A stretch of 32,000 nt of DNA. Source: Candidatus Saccharimonadota bacterium. GTDB lineage: Bacteria > Bacteroidota > Bacteroidia > Flavobacteriales > Blattabacteriaceae. The position numbers were made by a program, and so were the translations under genes. The notes under the pieces were generated by a model, which had not been told where the DNA came from, ran no database searches, and saw only the letters and a program-made list of their open reading frames with translations. The stretch lies in assembly GCF_964030875.1 (NCBI RefSeq), contig NZ_OZ034981.1, positions 150,001-182,000 of the forward strand, read 5' to 3'. Positions 1 through 11,731 of this stretch are shown piece by piece; the stretch's first letter is position 1, and each line of letters opens with the position of its first letter.

Positions 1-1449
1 GGTACAAGTATGATTAACCTCATTAGGAAAAATTACTCTACCTGGAAAAGACCTGATATGAGGCCGAGGTTAAATCTATAATCGCCTTATCATATTGATT
101 TCTTTGTGAAGGACTCTTTGCAGTGACCGGTAGACTTATTAAATTTACAAAGATTCATTAATGATGTATAAGCATTCTTATTAGCTTTGGTAATATTTAA
201 CAACTTATTTACTCCTTTAATTCCTACTTTTATAAAAGGTAGGTGGATATCATCCATCGTACAGCTTACCAATATAATCTTTCTTGTCAATTTGCAATTC
301 TAGTGCCATAGTCTGTATAGGTTTAATCCTTCCAGATTGGTCTTGAACCAATAACCGACTGAATTTATGGTAATTGGGGATTGATAAACTCTATAAGAAA
401 AAGGTTTAGCATATATCCCGATAAACATTCCCAAACCTAATAACATATATCATGATTCACTGAAAGATATGTACCCTTAGGATCATAACCGTATTGAAAA
501 AATCGATACCCTTTATAAGAAAGTACATTATTCTATACTTTTTTTTATAATTTCCATCGTTAAGTGTTAATTCACTAGCAAAAGAAGAAGGACTGGAAGA
601 ACCAGGATAACGTTGAAATTCAAAACGATCCAAAGAAAAAGGAGTTTCGATAAAAATAGATCCATAACCTATGGAGATTTTAAGTTGATTGATTGGAAAC
701 TTCAGCAGTAATAGCAGATGGAAAATTTTCTTCTTGGTCTTTTGGAGATCTTTTATAATTCCATGACGAATTGTATCTGGGACCATCCATTGTAAAGATC
801 CCATTTAATTTAAGTTATGAAGGAACGTTTTTTAGAATAATACCTTAAATTCCAGTTTTCATAATAGTATACTTTCCATTAACAGATGAAAGTAAGTATA
901 GCTGACCCTTCTTCTGTACTATTTTCATTGTAGTAGGTGAGACAAAACTATTTAGTATTACCTGAGAAAAGGTCACATAACCTTTAGCGCCCTTAGAACA
1001 TAGAGTTAAGGACTACCGTTAAAACGGTCATCTCACGAGCATGCGGTACATAATTAAAAATTGTGAAGATTAGCTAGCAAATAAGGTCTTTCATATACGA
1101 GAATGATTTTAAAAGTATTACTTGATATATTTATAGGTGGCACCTTCTCGAATGGACATCATTCAAGAAAAACCTATATATCTTGATATGGCACCACCTA
1201 TCAAAATAAATACAAAAGCTAAATAAGCAAAGGCAATTTTTCTCGTCTACAAAGACAATATCTACCAATATTTACTATGAAACATAATAATAGAAGTATC
1301 ATAATGGTTTAGAACCAACTAGATTAACTAGATTGGTAAATCATAGCCTTTGCTGTCGTCTAAGTACCTGTGGCCATGGAAAATGCAAAAACAAGAAGAA
1401 GAATGCCCATTAACCTAGTCGAAAATAATAAATTTAAAAGCTGCCGCAT
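1..1449 (-). pseudogene. ccsBA: Decayed cytochrome c biogenesis gene (fused ResB/CcsB-CcsA type), 5' part; continues past the left edge
   Basis: Minus-strand translation gives family-typical blocks in the right order, but in different frames and cut by stops. MRQLLNLLFSTRLMGILLLVFAFSMATGT* (1449->1360); KIAFAYLAFVFILIGGAISRYIGFS*MMSIREG (~1240-1140); FEFQRYPGSSSPSSFASELTLNDG (inside ORF 457..804); NNVLSYKGYRFFQYGYDPKGTYLSVNHD (~535-452, another frame). No long ORF remains. Confidence 0.8.
1317..1334. repeat. 9-bp tandem duplication (aactagatt x2) inside the ccsBA relic
   Basis: Read directly: ...cc aactagatt aactagatt gg... On the coding (minus) strand each copy contributes an in-frame TAG. 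Confidence 0.9.
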
Positions 1450-1576
1450 GTCTAAATTAGATCGGTTAAAAATGATAAGGAAGAAATGTTTAAAATCTTT
1501 TTCTTGAATAAAACTCGCAGACCCTGACACAAAATTATTTATATGCCACGTGATCATGGGGTTGAAGAGAGTACAG

Positions 1577-1661
1577 TACCTAGAGCGGGAATTGAACCCG
1601 CACGGTCACAATGACCACAGGATTTTAAGTCCTGCGTGTCTACCAATTCCACCATCCAGGC
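1577..1661 (-). tRNA. tRNA-Leu (anticodon UAA), type II with long variable arm
   Basis: Minus strand reads gcctggatggtggaattggtagacacgcaggacttaaaatcctgtggtcattgtgaccgtgcgggttcaattcccgctctaggta. Anticodon stem cagga/tcctg with loop cttaaaa; T arm gcggg-ttcaatt-cccgc; acceptor pairs include two G-U. Near-colinear with E. coli tRNA-Leu(UAA). No encoded CCA. Confidence 0.9.
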
Positions 1662-1686
1662 CTTATGTGTATTTAGACGATAGACG

Positions 1687-4332
<2,646 letters not shown>

Positions 4333-4347
4333 TGTATTAAAACTTAA

Positions 4348-5550
4348 TTATGAAGCTTTATAATTATTTAATTTCTTTTCGACCATTTTGCCATCGATTT
4401 TTAAAATACTTTTATTTTGTTTTATATCAAACATAAAATCATTGAAAACTTTTTCACAAATTGTTCGTAACCCTCTTGCACCCACCCCAGTACTTAGCGA
4501 TTGGGTTACAATTTTGTCAATGGCATCTTTAGTCAGAATTAAAGAAACATTATCCATCTCAAAGAGTTTTTTATACTGTTTAAGTAAAGCATTTTTAGGT
4601 TCAGTCATAATTCTATAAAGTGCGTGTGTATCCAAAGGATGCATGTAGGTAATCACTGGAAATCTACCAGTGAGTTCAGGAATAAGTCCAAAGTTTCTAA
4701 CATCTGTAGCACTAATATGTTGGAAAATTTCATTGTGTTCTACACTAGAATGTGTCGTATTTTTATATCCTATAGATGAAAAATTCAATCGACTGGTAAT
4801 AAGTCTATCAATACCTTCAAAAGATCCTCCTGCAATAAACAAAATATTTTTTGTATCTATTGGGATCATTTTCTGATCAGGATGTTTCCTTCCACCGTGA
4901 GGTGGAACATTTACCACGGATCCTTCTAATATTTTTAGAAAAGCTTGCTGCACTCCTTCTCCGGAAACATCTCTGGTAATAGAAGGATTATCTCCCTTTC
5001 GAGCAATTTTATCTATTTCATCAATAAATACTATACCCCGTTCAGCTGCTGTAATGTTGTAATCAGCTGCTTGTAGCAATCTCGTCAATATACTTTCCAC
5101 ATCTTCTCCAACATATCCTGCTTCAGTGAGAATTGTTGCATCTACGATAGTAAAAGGGACATTCAAAAAACGTGAAATGCTACGTGCCATAAGAGTTTTA
5201 CCAGTTCCAGTTTTACCAATAATAAGAACGTTTGATTTTTCTATTTCGATTTCATTATGTTTATCTAATATGTCATGTGTTAACCTTTTATAGTGATTAT
5301 AAACTGCTACAGAAATAATTTTTTTAGCTTCTTCTTGACAAATAATATATTTATCTAAAAACTTTTTTAGGTCCTTTGGGCTACTAATATTATAGCCTAC
5401 AGAAGAAATATCTTCTTTTTTTTTATAAATTTTTTTGTTAATTAGATGGTGAGCTTGTTCGATGCAATTAACACATATATTACCATATAATCCGGTTAAA
5501 AATAATCCTGTATTGTTTTTTTTACATCCACAGAACATACACTTTTCCAT
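4348..5550 (-). CDS. clpX: ATP-dependent Clp protease ATP-binding subunit ClpX
   Basis: N-terminal zinc-binding CxxC...CxxC (CMFCGC...CVNC), Walker A GKTGTGKT, Walker [10 protein letters not shown], and the GYVGEDVE motif as expected for ClpX. Confidence 0.95.
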   Translation of the reverse strand: MEKCMFCGCKKNNTGLFLTGLYGNICVNCIEQAHHLINKKIYKKKEDISSVGYNISSPKDLKKFLDKYIICQEEAKKIISVAVYNHYKRLTHDILDKHNEIEIEKSNVLIIGKTGTGKTLMARSISRFLNVPFTIVDATILTEAGYVGEDVESILTRLLQAADYNITAAERGIVFIDEIDKIARKGDNPSITRDVSGEGVQQAFLKILEGSVVNVPPHGGRKHPDQKMIPIDTKNILFIAGGSFEGIDRLITSRLNFSSIGYKNTTHSSVEHNEIFQHISATDVRNFGLIPELTGRFPVITYMHPLDTHALYRIMTEPKNALLKQYKKLFEMDNVSLILTKDAIDKIVTQSLSTGVGARGLRTICEKVFNDFMFDIKQNKSILKIDGKMVEKKLNNYKAS

Positions 5551-5555
5551 GATAT

Positions 5556-6233
5556 TTAAGTTATGTTGTTTTCAGGTTTTCTATATAAAACTTCATCTAT
5601 CATTCCATATTTTTCAGCTTCATGAGACGTCATCCAATAATCTCTATTGGAATCATTTTCTACTTTTTCTATAGATTGTCCTGAATGTTGAGAAATAATC
5701 TCATAAAGTTCTTTTTTCAGTTTAATAATTTCACGTGTTGCAATTTCTATATCTGATGCATGACCTTGTGTTCCTCCTAATGGCTGATGAATCATAATTC
5801 TAGAATGTTTAAGACTTGCACGTTTTCCCTTAGTGCCTGCGCAAAGTAATACCGCTCCCATAGAAGCAGCTAGACCCGTACATACGGTAGCTATATCAGG
5901 GTTCAAGATTTGCATCGTATCATAAATTCCTAATCCTGCATAAACAGTTCCACCAGGAGAGTTTATATAAATCTGTATATCCTTATAGGAATCTACTGAT
6001 TGTAAAAATAAAAGTTGTGCCTGTACTATATTAGCTACTTGATCATCTATAGATGAACCAAGAAAAATTATTCTGTCCATCATTAAACGGGAAAAAACAT
6101 CCATTTGTGCTACGTTTAATTTTCGTTCTTCTACGATGTAAGGAGTTATGGAACTAATATAATTATCTAATAATATGCTATTTATAGAGCAATGATCAAT
6201 AGCATATTTTCGAAATTCTTTTTTGTCAAACAT
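5556..6233 (-). CDS. clpP: ATP-dependent Clp protease proteolytic subunit ClpP
   Basis: RIIFLGSSIDDQVAN, active-site context GLAASMGAVLL, IMIHQPLGG. Sits immediately upstream of clpX on the same strand. Confidence 0.95.
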   Translation of the reverse strand: MFDKKEFRKYAIDHCSINSILLDNYISSITPYIVEERKLNVAQMDVFSRLMMDRIIFLGSSIDDQVANIVQAQLLFLQSVDSYKDIQIYINSPGGTVYAGLGIYDTMQILNPDIATVCTGLAASMGAVLLCAGTKGKRASLKHSRIMIHQPLGGTQGHASDIEIATREIIKLKKELYEIISQHSGQSIEKVENDSNRDYWMTSHEAEKYGMIDEVLYRKPENNIT

Positions 6234-6239
6234 CTTTTT

Positions 6240-7229
6240 TAAGCTACTTATTAAGAAAATATTACCACGAAATTTTTTTAATTGAACGTTCTCTTAAAAC
6301 CTGTATTAAACTATTACGAAAGAGAAAATTAGACCTTTTGGGATATGAAAAGACGGATGCTTCAATATCTTAAGATTTTTTAATTTATGCGATAATTTCT
6401 TTTCAAATAAACGAGATCGTAAATCTTTTTAAAATTGTTCATATTAATTATCTTCTGAACATTTTTGACTTTTAGTATCTTTAATATAACGGGGAATATA
6501 ACGGGTTAAAAAATTAAATCGAAATGTACTAGTTAAAACAACCGATAAAAAATTTCTCAACTACTTCAGTATAATTTTTTCAGATGTGTTTTTTAAACTT
6601 TCTATTAAAAGATTCTAAAGAAGTTACTTTATTTTCTCCAAAGACTGAAAAAAAAATATTTATTCAACGGAGCAGGATGAACTTAAAGAGATTTTCAAAA
6701 CGTATTGGAAAATGATAAACTACAAATTTTACCAACTATTTTCGTATAAAAAGAGTTCAGAAGTATTTATATCGATAATATTTAGAAATTTGTAAACGGT
6801 TTTTTTAGGGAAATTTTTCAAAGCATATTCTAGGAAGATTTTCTCTATTATTAGAATGAATAGCTGTTATTTTACCTTGTATATAAGATGAATTTTTAAA
6901 CCAAACCGTTGTTGAAACTTCTCTAGATTATGATGTATATCTTCCTCTTTTAATTCTTAAGGAATATGGGGGGATGTAAAATTGTGGAACGAGTCCTAAT
7001 TCTTCTGCATTTACATAAAGAATATTTTTAGTCAAAATGTTTACGAGAATATGAAGTCCTTCTCTAGAGATCTAATCACTAATAGTGTATTTCTTCGTGA
7101 ACTAATTTAATTATTTCAACTTGACCTTTTCTAAACCCAGTAAATTGTGCTTTAAAAGCTGATTTATTAAATGATACGGTTAATATTATATTAAGTTCAT
7201 CCAATTGTTTATAATTAAAAAAACTAATA
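6240..7229 (-). pseudogene. tig: Decayed trigger factor gene
   Basis: No ORF of 60 codons or more on the minus strand across ~1 kb directly upstream of clpP, the usual tig-clpP-clpX position. Manual minus-strand translation recovers KNISFFNYKQLDELNIILTVSFNKSAFKAQFTGFRKGQVE (~7225-7105; compare Tig N-terminus MNI...LDELNA.L.V...PGFRKGKVP, with the ATG replaced). It also recovers FKNSSYIQGKITAIHSNNRENLPRICFEKFP* (~6900-6810; compare FPEDY..L.GK.A.F.V....ELPEL.DEFAK). Remnant is ~990 bp versus ~1.3 kb expected, with several stops and frame changes. Confidence 0.75.
6483..6506. repeat. 12-bp tandem duplication (aatataacgggg / aatataacgggt) inside the tig relic
   Basis: Read directly at 6483-6494 and 6495-6506; one mismatch. 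Confidence 0.85.
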
Positions 7230-7693
7230 TTTTTGCAACAGTTCTATAATTTTAAAAAGCTGGCGGATAAAATTCTTTGGAAAGAGTATAGCATAGGAAT
7301 TGTGCTTACTAAGATAATTCATTACAGTTTTATAAAAATTTTGACAAGTGTTATTCTTACTTTCGGTATTGATAACTCTTATAAACATCACGATCAACAG
7401 CAACTTTTCTCAAGCAGTCTGATATGGTTGCGTCTGAATGGAGACGAATTATTAACGTCCAAGTATTTGTGCTTTTTTTATAATCTTATGTGTTTTTCCT
7501 ATGGTGCATCAGATTATAATGCAAATAAATAAACCTGTTATTAAAAATCCCTGGTGTAGTATTTATAGCATGGGGGACCGAAATATTCCTAATTAGGACG
7601 CATGTGTGTACACACTATATTAGGTCTTTTAGGAGCTAATTTCTATAACGTTAGAGGACAAAATTATGTCTGAAGAAATTAACCTTAATCATA

Positions 7694-7936
7694 ATGAAGA
7701 ATATTACATCCGTGTTTTTAGCAAATTTTGGTCCTAGTCAATTAATTGTTATCCTGGCTCTTCTTTTATTTGGAGGAGAACTTCTGAAAGGTCTTGGTAC
7801 AGGATTGAGAGAATTTAAAAAAGCTGCTCAGGGTGATGACTATGAAGAAAAAAAAAGAAAAGAAGGATACGACGTTATGATTTATAGCTATACATGGAAA
7901 ATCAATCGGAAAAATCTAAGTATAAACATTCCTTAA
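7694..7936 (+). CDS. tatA: Sec-independent (Tat) translocase subunit TatA/E
   Basis: N-terminal TM helix plus hinge and amphipathic helix: FGPSQLIVILALLLFGGELLKGLGTGLREFKKAAQGDD. Compare the family pattern LLLFG.KK.PEL.R.LG.G.KEFKKA. The hinge is about 3 residues shorter than usual. The atypical C-terminal tail overlaps the convergent ORF 7902..8267 by 35 nt. Confidence 0.7.
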   Translation: MKNITSVFLANFGPSQLIVILALLLFGGELLKGLGTGLREFKKAAQGDDYEEKKRKEGYDVMIYSYTWKINRKNLSINIP

Positions 7937-8267
7937 GGATTTTTAATTTCGGATATTTTTTTATTAAATAATAAAATTTTTTTTCCCCAGAAGTTCTTTG
8001 TTTTTTATGATGTATAATACGAGTTTCAAAACAAAACTGAATATTTTTCAAGATCAATTTATGTATAGATGAAAATTTCATCATTTCTTCTTTTGAAGAA
8101 AAATATAAAATTACTAGTGAATCATCAAAAAATTCATATTTTATGGTTCTTATTAGCAAAAAATGATTTAATGTAATAAATTTTTCCCAAGACGTTTTTT
8201 CCTTCTCGGTAAGAAGATTCAAAAGTTTGATCATCAATAATTGATTAATTGATTTAATTATCTGCAC
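7902..8267 (-). CDS. dnaX: C-terminal (tau-like) segment of DnaX, encoded in the +1 frame relative to the upstream dnaX ORF (GTG-initiated ORF in the track)
   Basis: 121-aa ORF overlapping the dnaX stop by 14 nt. The pattern W-EKF ... LVILYF..KEE...F.....L+..I.F.FE ... EKKFYYLIKKYPKLKILKECLYLDF matches, from my memory, the conserved C-terminal block of Bacteroidetes DnaX (W..F...I.L.......L..FL...L.N......EK...L.EKNP.L..L...L.L). This is a remembered pattern, not an alignment. Confidence 0.55.
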   Translation of the reverse strand: MQIIKSINQLLMIKLLNLLTEKEKTSWEKFITLNHFLLIRTIKYEFFDDSLVILYFSSKEEMMKFSSIHKLILKNIQFCFETRIIHHKKQRTSGEKKFYYLIKKYPKLKILKECLYLDFSD

Positions 8268-9333
8268 AGGGATTGTTAGTATCCTTTAGGGAAGATAATT
8301 TAATTAAAGAAATTTCTATAGAAAGACGAGGATTCCGACTTAATTTATAATCTATATAAGCAAGGTGACAAATCTGTATTGCTTCTATTAAAAAATCTTT
8401 AGAAACGATTGATGCCTGTTGAATATACTTTTCTTTAAGTGATTCAACAACTTCCATTAAGGAAAGTCCATCTGAGTTTTTGGCCAATATAAGATATTTA
8501 AAATGTTGAGCCAATCCTTCTATAAAGAATTTTTCATCAAATCCATTCTGGAGTATTTCATGAAAAAGTAATAGAATTCCTGTAATATTATTGGAAAGCA
8601 TCAAATCCACTGATTTAAAATAATATTCTTGATCAAGAATACCCAATTGATCTCTTATTAAAGTTGTAGTTAATTGCTTTCCTGAAAAGGATATAAGTCT
8701 ATCAAATATGGATAGTGCATCCCGTAAAGATCCATCAGCATGTTGTGCAATCATATACAAAGACTCTATGTCGGTTTTAATTCCTTCTAACGAAGCAATT
8801 TGTTTTAGTTTTTTATAAATATTTTCTAAAGAAATCCTTCTAAAATCGTAAATTTGACACCTAGAAAGAATAGTAGGCAATATTTTATGTTTTTCAGTAG
8901 TAGAAAGTATAAAAATTGCATGTTCAGGAGGTTCTTCTAAAGTTTTTAAAAAAGCATTGAAGGCTGCTTGAGATAGCATATGAACTTCATCTATGATATA
9001 TACTTTATATTTTCCCTGTTGAGGTGGAAAACGTAACTGATCTATTAAATTTCTTATATCATCTACTGAATTGTTAGAAGCAGCATCTAACTCAAAAACA
9101 TTAAAATTATTTTCTAATATTTCTTTCTTGTGAGAAAGAATATTGACATTTCTAGCCAATATACGAGCGCAAGTAGTCTTTCCCACTCCTTTAGGACCAC
9201 AAAATAAAAACGCATGAGCTAAACGATTATTCTTTATAGCTCTCTCTAGCGTATCAGTAACGGCTTTTTGTCCTACTACATCTTTAAAATCTTTAGGACG
9301 ATACTTTATAGCTGAAACAATATAGGCTTGCAT
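8254..9333 (-). CDS. dnaX: DNA polymerase III subunit gamma/tau, ATPase domains I-III (359 aa)
   Basis: KYRPKDFKDVVGQ, Walker A GPKGVGKTT, Walker B YIIDEVHML, sensor ILSTTE...LPTILSRCQ. Confidence 0.9.
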   Translation of the reverse strand: MQAYIVSAIKYRPKDFKDVVGQKAVTDTLERAIKNNRLAHAFLFCGPKGVGKTTCARILARNVNILSHKKEILENNFNVFELDAASNNSVDDIRNLIDQLRFPPQQGKYKVYIIDEVHMLSQAAFNAFLKTLEEPPEHAIFILSTTEKHKILPTILSRCQIYDFRRISLENIYKKLKQIASLEGIKTDIESLYMIAQHADGSLRDALSIFDRLISFSGKQLTTTLIRDQLGILDQEYYFKSVDLMLSNNITGILLLFHEILQNGFDEKFFIEGLAQHFKYLILAKNSDGLSLMEVVESLKEKYIQQASIVSKDFLIEAIQICHLAYIDYKLSRNPRLSIEISLIKLSSLKDTNNPCADN

Positions 9334-9335
9334 AA

Positions 9336-10529
9336 TTAAATTAATATTTCTTTAATTTTAGCAGCAGCTTCTTTCAGTGTAACAACGTAGTGTACGCATA
9401 ATCCACTATGATCTATCATATTTTTAGCTTCTTTAGCATTAGTTCCTTGTAAACGGACAATCAAAGGGACATGTATTCCTCCTTCTATAATTTTATCGGC
9501 AGCTATGATACCTTGGGCAATGGTATCACAACGTACAATACCTCCGAAAATATTAATGAATATAGCTGAAATGGTCTTATCTTTCAATAAAATACAAACA
9601 GCTTTTTCTACTCTATGTGCATCGGCGGTTCCTCCAACATCAAGGAAATTAGCGGGACTTCCCCCTGAAAATTTAATAAGATCCATAGTCGCCATAGCTA
9701 AACCTGCCCCATTAACAATACAGCCAACATTACTATCAAGTTTGACCAAATTAAAACCCGCTAAAGCAGCCTCTACTTCAGAGGGATCTTCCTCATCTAT
9801 ATCACGCAGAGCTGCATAGTCAGTATGTCTATAAAGAGCATTATCATCTATAACGACTTTAGTATCAACAGCTATAATATTATTATCAGAAGTTTTTAAT
9901 AATGGATTAATCTCAATCATGGAAGCGTCTGATGCTACATAAGCCTTATAAAGCGTTTTGATAAAAATTATGAATTCTTTGAATACCTGGGTAGGTAATT
10001 TCATATTAAAAGCTATCTTTTTCGCTTGAAAGTCAAATATCCCATAGTACGGGTCTATCTCTTCTATAAAAATTTTTTCATGTGATTCTTTAGCTATTTG
10101 TTCAATATCTACACCTCCTTCGGTCGAATACATTATTATATTTTTTTCTTTATTTCTGTCTATGAGTATAGATATATAGTATTCTTTAATCTCACTTTTC
10201 CCTTTATAATAAACATCTTGTACAATCATTACACGATGTACTAGTTTTCCTTCTTTAGGAGTTTGAGGTGTAATCAAACGCATCCCTATAATTTTTGAGG
10301 ATATTTCATAGACCTCTTTCAGAGATTTCGCCATTTTTATACCTCCTCCTTTTCCACGTCCTCCAGCATGTATTTGTGCTTTTACTATCCAAATATTGGA
10401 CCCGGTTTTTTGAGTTATTTTTTTTGCCAGAGTTATGGCTTCATATGGTGTTCGTGCTACCATACCCAATGGAACCTTTATTCCAAAAGAGTGAAGTATG
10501 TTCTTTCCTTGATATTCATGTAAATTCAT
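9336..10529 (-). CDS. sucC: Succinyl-CoA synthetase (ADP-forming) beta subunit
   Basis: MNLHEYQGKNIL..., VKAQIHAGGRGKGGGIK, NGAGLAMATMD, FLDVGGTA, INIFGGIVRCD. Confidence 0.95.
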   Translation of the reverse strand: MNLHEYQGKNILHSFGIKVPLGMVARTPYEAITLAKKITQKTGSNIWIVKAQIHAGGRGKGGGIKMAKSLKEVYEISSKIIGMRLITPQTPKEGKLVHRVMIVQDVYYKGKSEIKEYYISILIDRNKEKNIIMYSTEGGVDIEQIAKESHEKIFIEEIDPYYGIFDFQAKKIAFNMKLPTQVFKEFIIFIKTLYKAYVASDASMIEINPLLKTSDNNIIAVDTKVVIDDNALYRHTDYAALRDIDEEDPSEVEAALAGFNLVKLDSNVGCIVNGAGLAMATMDLIKFSGGSPANFLDVGGTADAHRVEKAVCILLKDKTISAIFINIFGGIVRCDTIAQGIIAADKIIEGGIHVPLIVRLQGTNAKEAKNMIDHSGLCVHYVVTLKEAAAKIKEILI

Positions 10530-10716
10530 AAGACTTTATTATGAATGATGAGTTATTTTCAATCCGCTATTATAAAATTAAGTAGGGGGCACAGTACCAC
10601 TACACGCAATTTACTACGTTATAACGAGGATCCGGCCTGATGGGGCGTCAAAAATAATAATTTGTCTCCATATTTTCCTGTTACCTAAACACTTATATAT
10701 TTATGATAAAAAATTT

Positions 10717-11709
10717 ATGAAAGTTGTCGTTGTTGGAGCTACAGGAATGGTAGGTAAAGTTATACTAAAAGTATTAGAAGAAAGAAAATTCCCGGTAACA
10801 GAATTAATCTTAGTTGCTTCAGAAAGATCTCTAGAAAAAGAAATTTGTTTCAAAGGTAAAAAATATAAACTTACTAGTCTAAAAAAAGCGATTAGGATGT
10901 TCCCTAACATTGCTTTATTTTCAGCTGGAAGTGAAATTTCAAAAGAATGGGCTCCTAAATTTGCTCAAATAGGAACTACAGTCATCGATAATTCTTCAGC
11001 TTGGAGGTTGGATTCTTCAAAAAAACTCGTTGTACCTGAAATTAACGCCCATAAACTAACAGAAAAAGATAAAATTATTGCTAATCCTAATTGTTCCACC
11101 ATACAGTTAGTAATGGTTCTTAATCCATTGCATAAAAAATACGGAATAGAACGTGTCTTTATTTCTACTTATCAATCAGTCACAGGGACTGGAAAAAAAG
11201 CTGTAGATCAATTATTTGCTGAATCGAAAGGAAAATATGGTGAACGTATTTATCCATACCCAATTTACCAAAATGCCATTCCACAGTGCGATTCTTTTGA
11301 AGAAAATGGATATACTAAAGAAGAACTTAAATTGATAAGAGAACCAAAGAAAATTATGGGCGTAAAAAATATGGGGGTGAGTGCCACAGCAGTTCGTGTT
11401 CCAGTGATCGGAGGACATTCTGAAAGTGTACAGATTTCTTTAAAAAAAGACTTTGAACTAGATGAATTACGAAAAATATTGAAAAATACACCAGGATTAA
11501 TACTACAAGATAATCCTAAAAATAATTATTATCCCATGCCAATTCATTCCGGAGGAAAAGACGAAGTATTTGTAGGAAGATTGCGGAGGGATTTTTCACA
11601 AGAAAATAGCTTATTACTTTGGTTAGTCGCTGATAATTTGCGAAAAGGTGCAGCCACTAACGCAATACAAATTGCAGAGTATTTGATAAATCATAAACTT
11701 ATACAGTAG
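10717..11709 (+). CDS. asd: Aspartate-semialdehyde dehydrogenase
   Basis: MKVVVVGATGMVG NAD-binding start, active-site context IANPNCSTIQ, STYQSVTGTGKKA, VRVPVIGGHSESV. Confidence 0.95.
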   Translation: MKVVVVGATGMVGKVILKVLEERKFPVTELILVASERSLEKEICFKGKKYKLTSLKKAIRMFPNIALFSAGSEISKEWAPKFAQIGTTVIDNSSAWRLDSSKKLVVPEINAHKLTEKDKIIANPNCSTIQLVMVLNPLHKKYGIERVFISTYQSVTGTGKKAVDQLFAESKGKYGERIYPYPIYQNAIPQCDSFEENGYTKEELKLIREPKKIMGVKNMGVSATAVRVPVIGGHSESVQISLKKDFELDELRKILKNTPGLILQDNPKNNYYPMPIHSGGKDEVFVGRLRRDFSQENSLLLWLVADNLRKGAATNAIQIAEYLINHKLIQ

Positions 11710-11731
11710 AAGATTTCCCTAAACTACCCTT

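Noticed and set aside
7233-7532. 99-aa + strand ORF (TTG start) between tig relic and tatA
   Set aside because: It has no recognisable domain or motif and a non-ATG start, with composition typical of random AT-rich sequence. It is left uncalled and noted only within the spacer finding.
10583-10649. SRP/4.5S RNA, tRNA fragment or sigma-54 (-24 GG / -12 GC) promoter in the GC-rich island
   Set aside because: The two G-runs are on the same strand, so they cannot form the SRP closing helix. There is no GGAAGCAGC-type domain IV motif, and the GG-N10-GC spacing is not satisfied.
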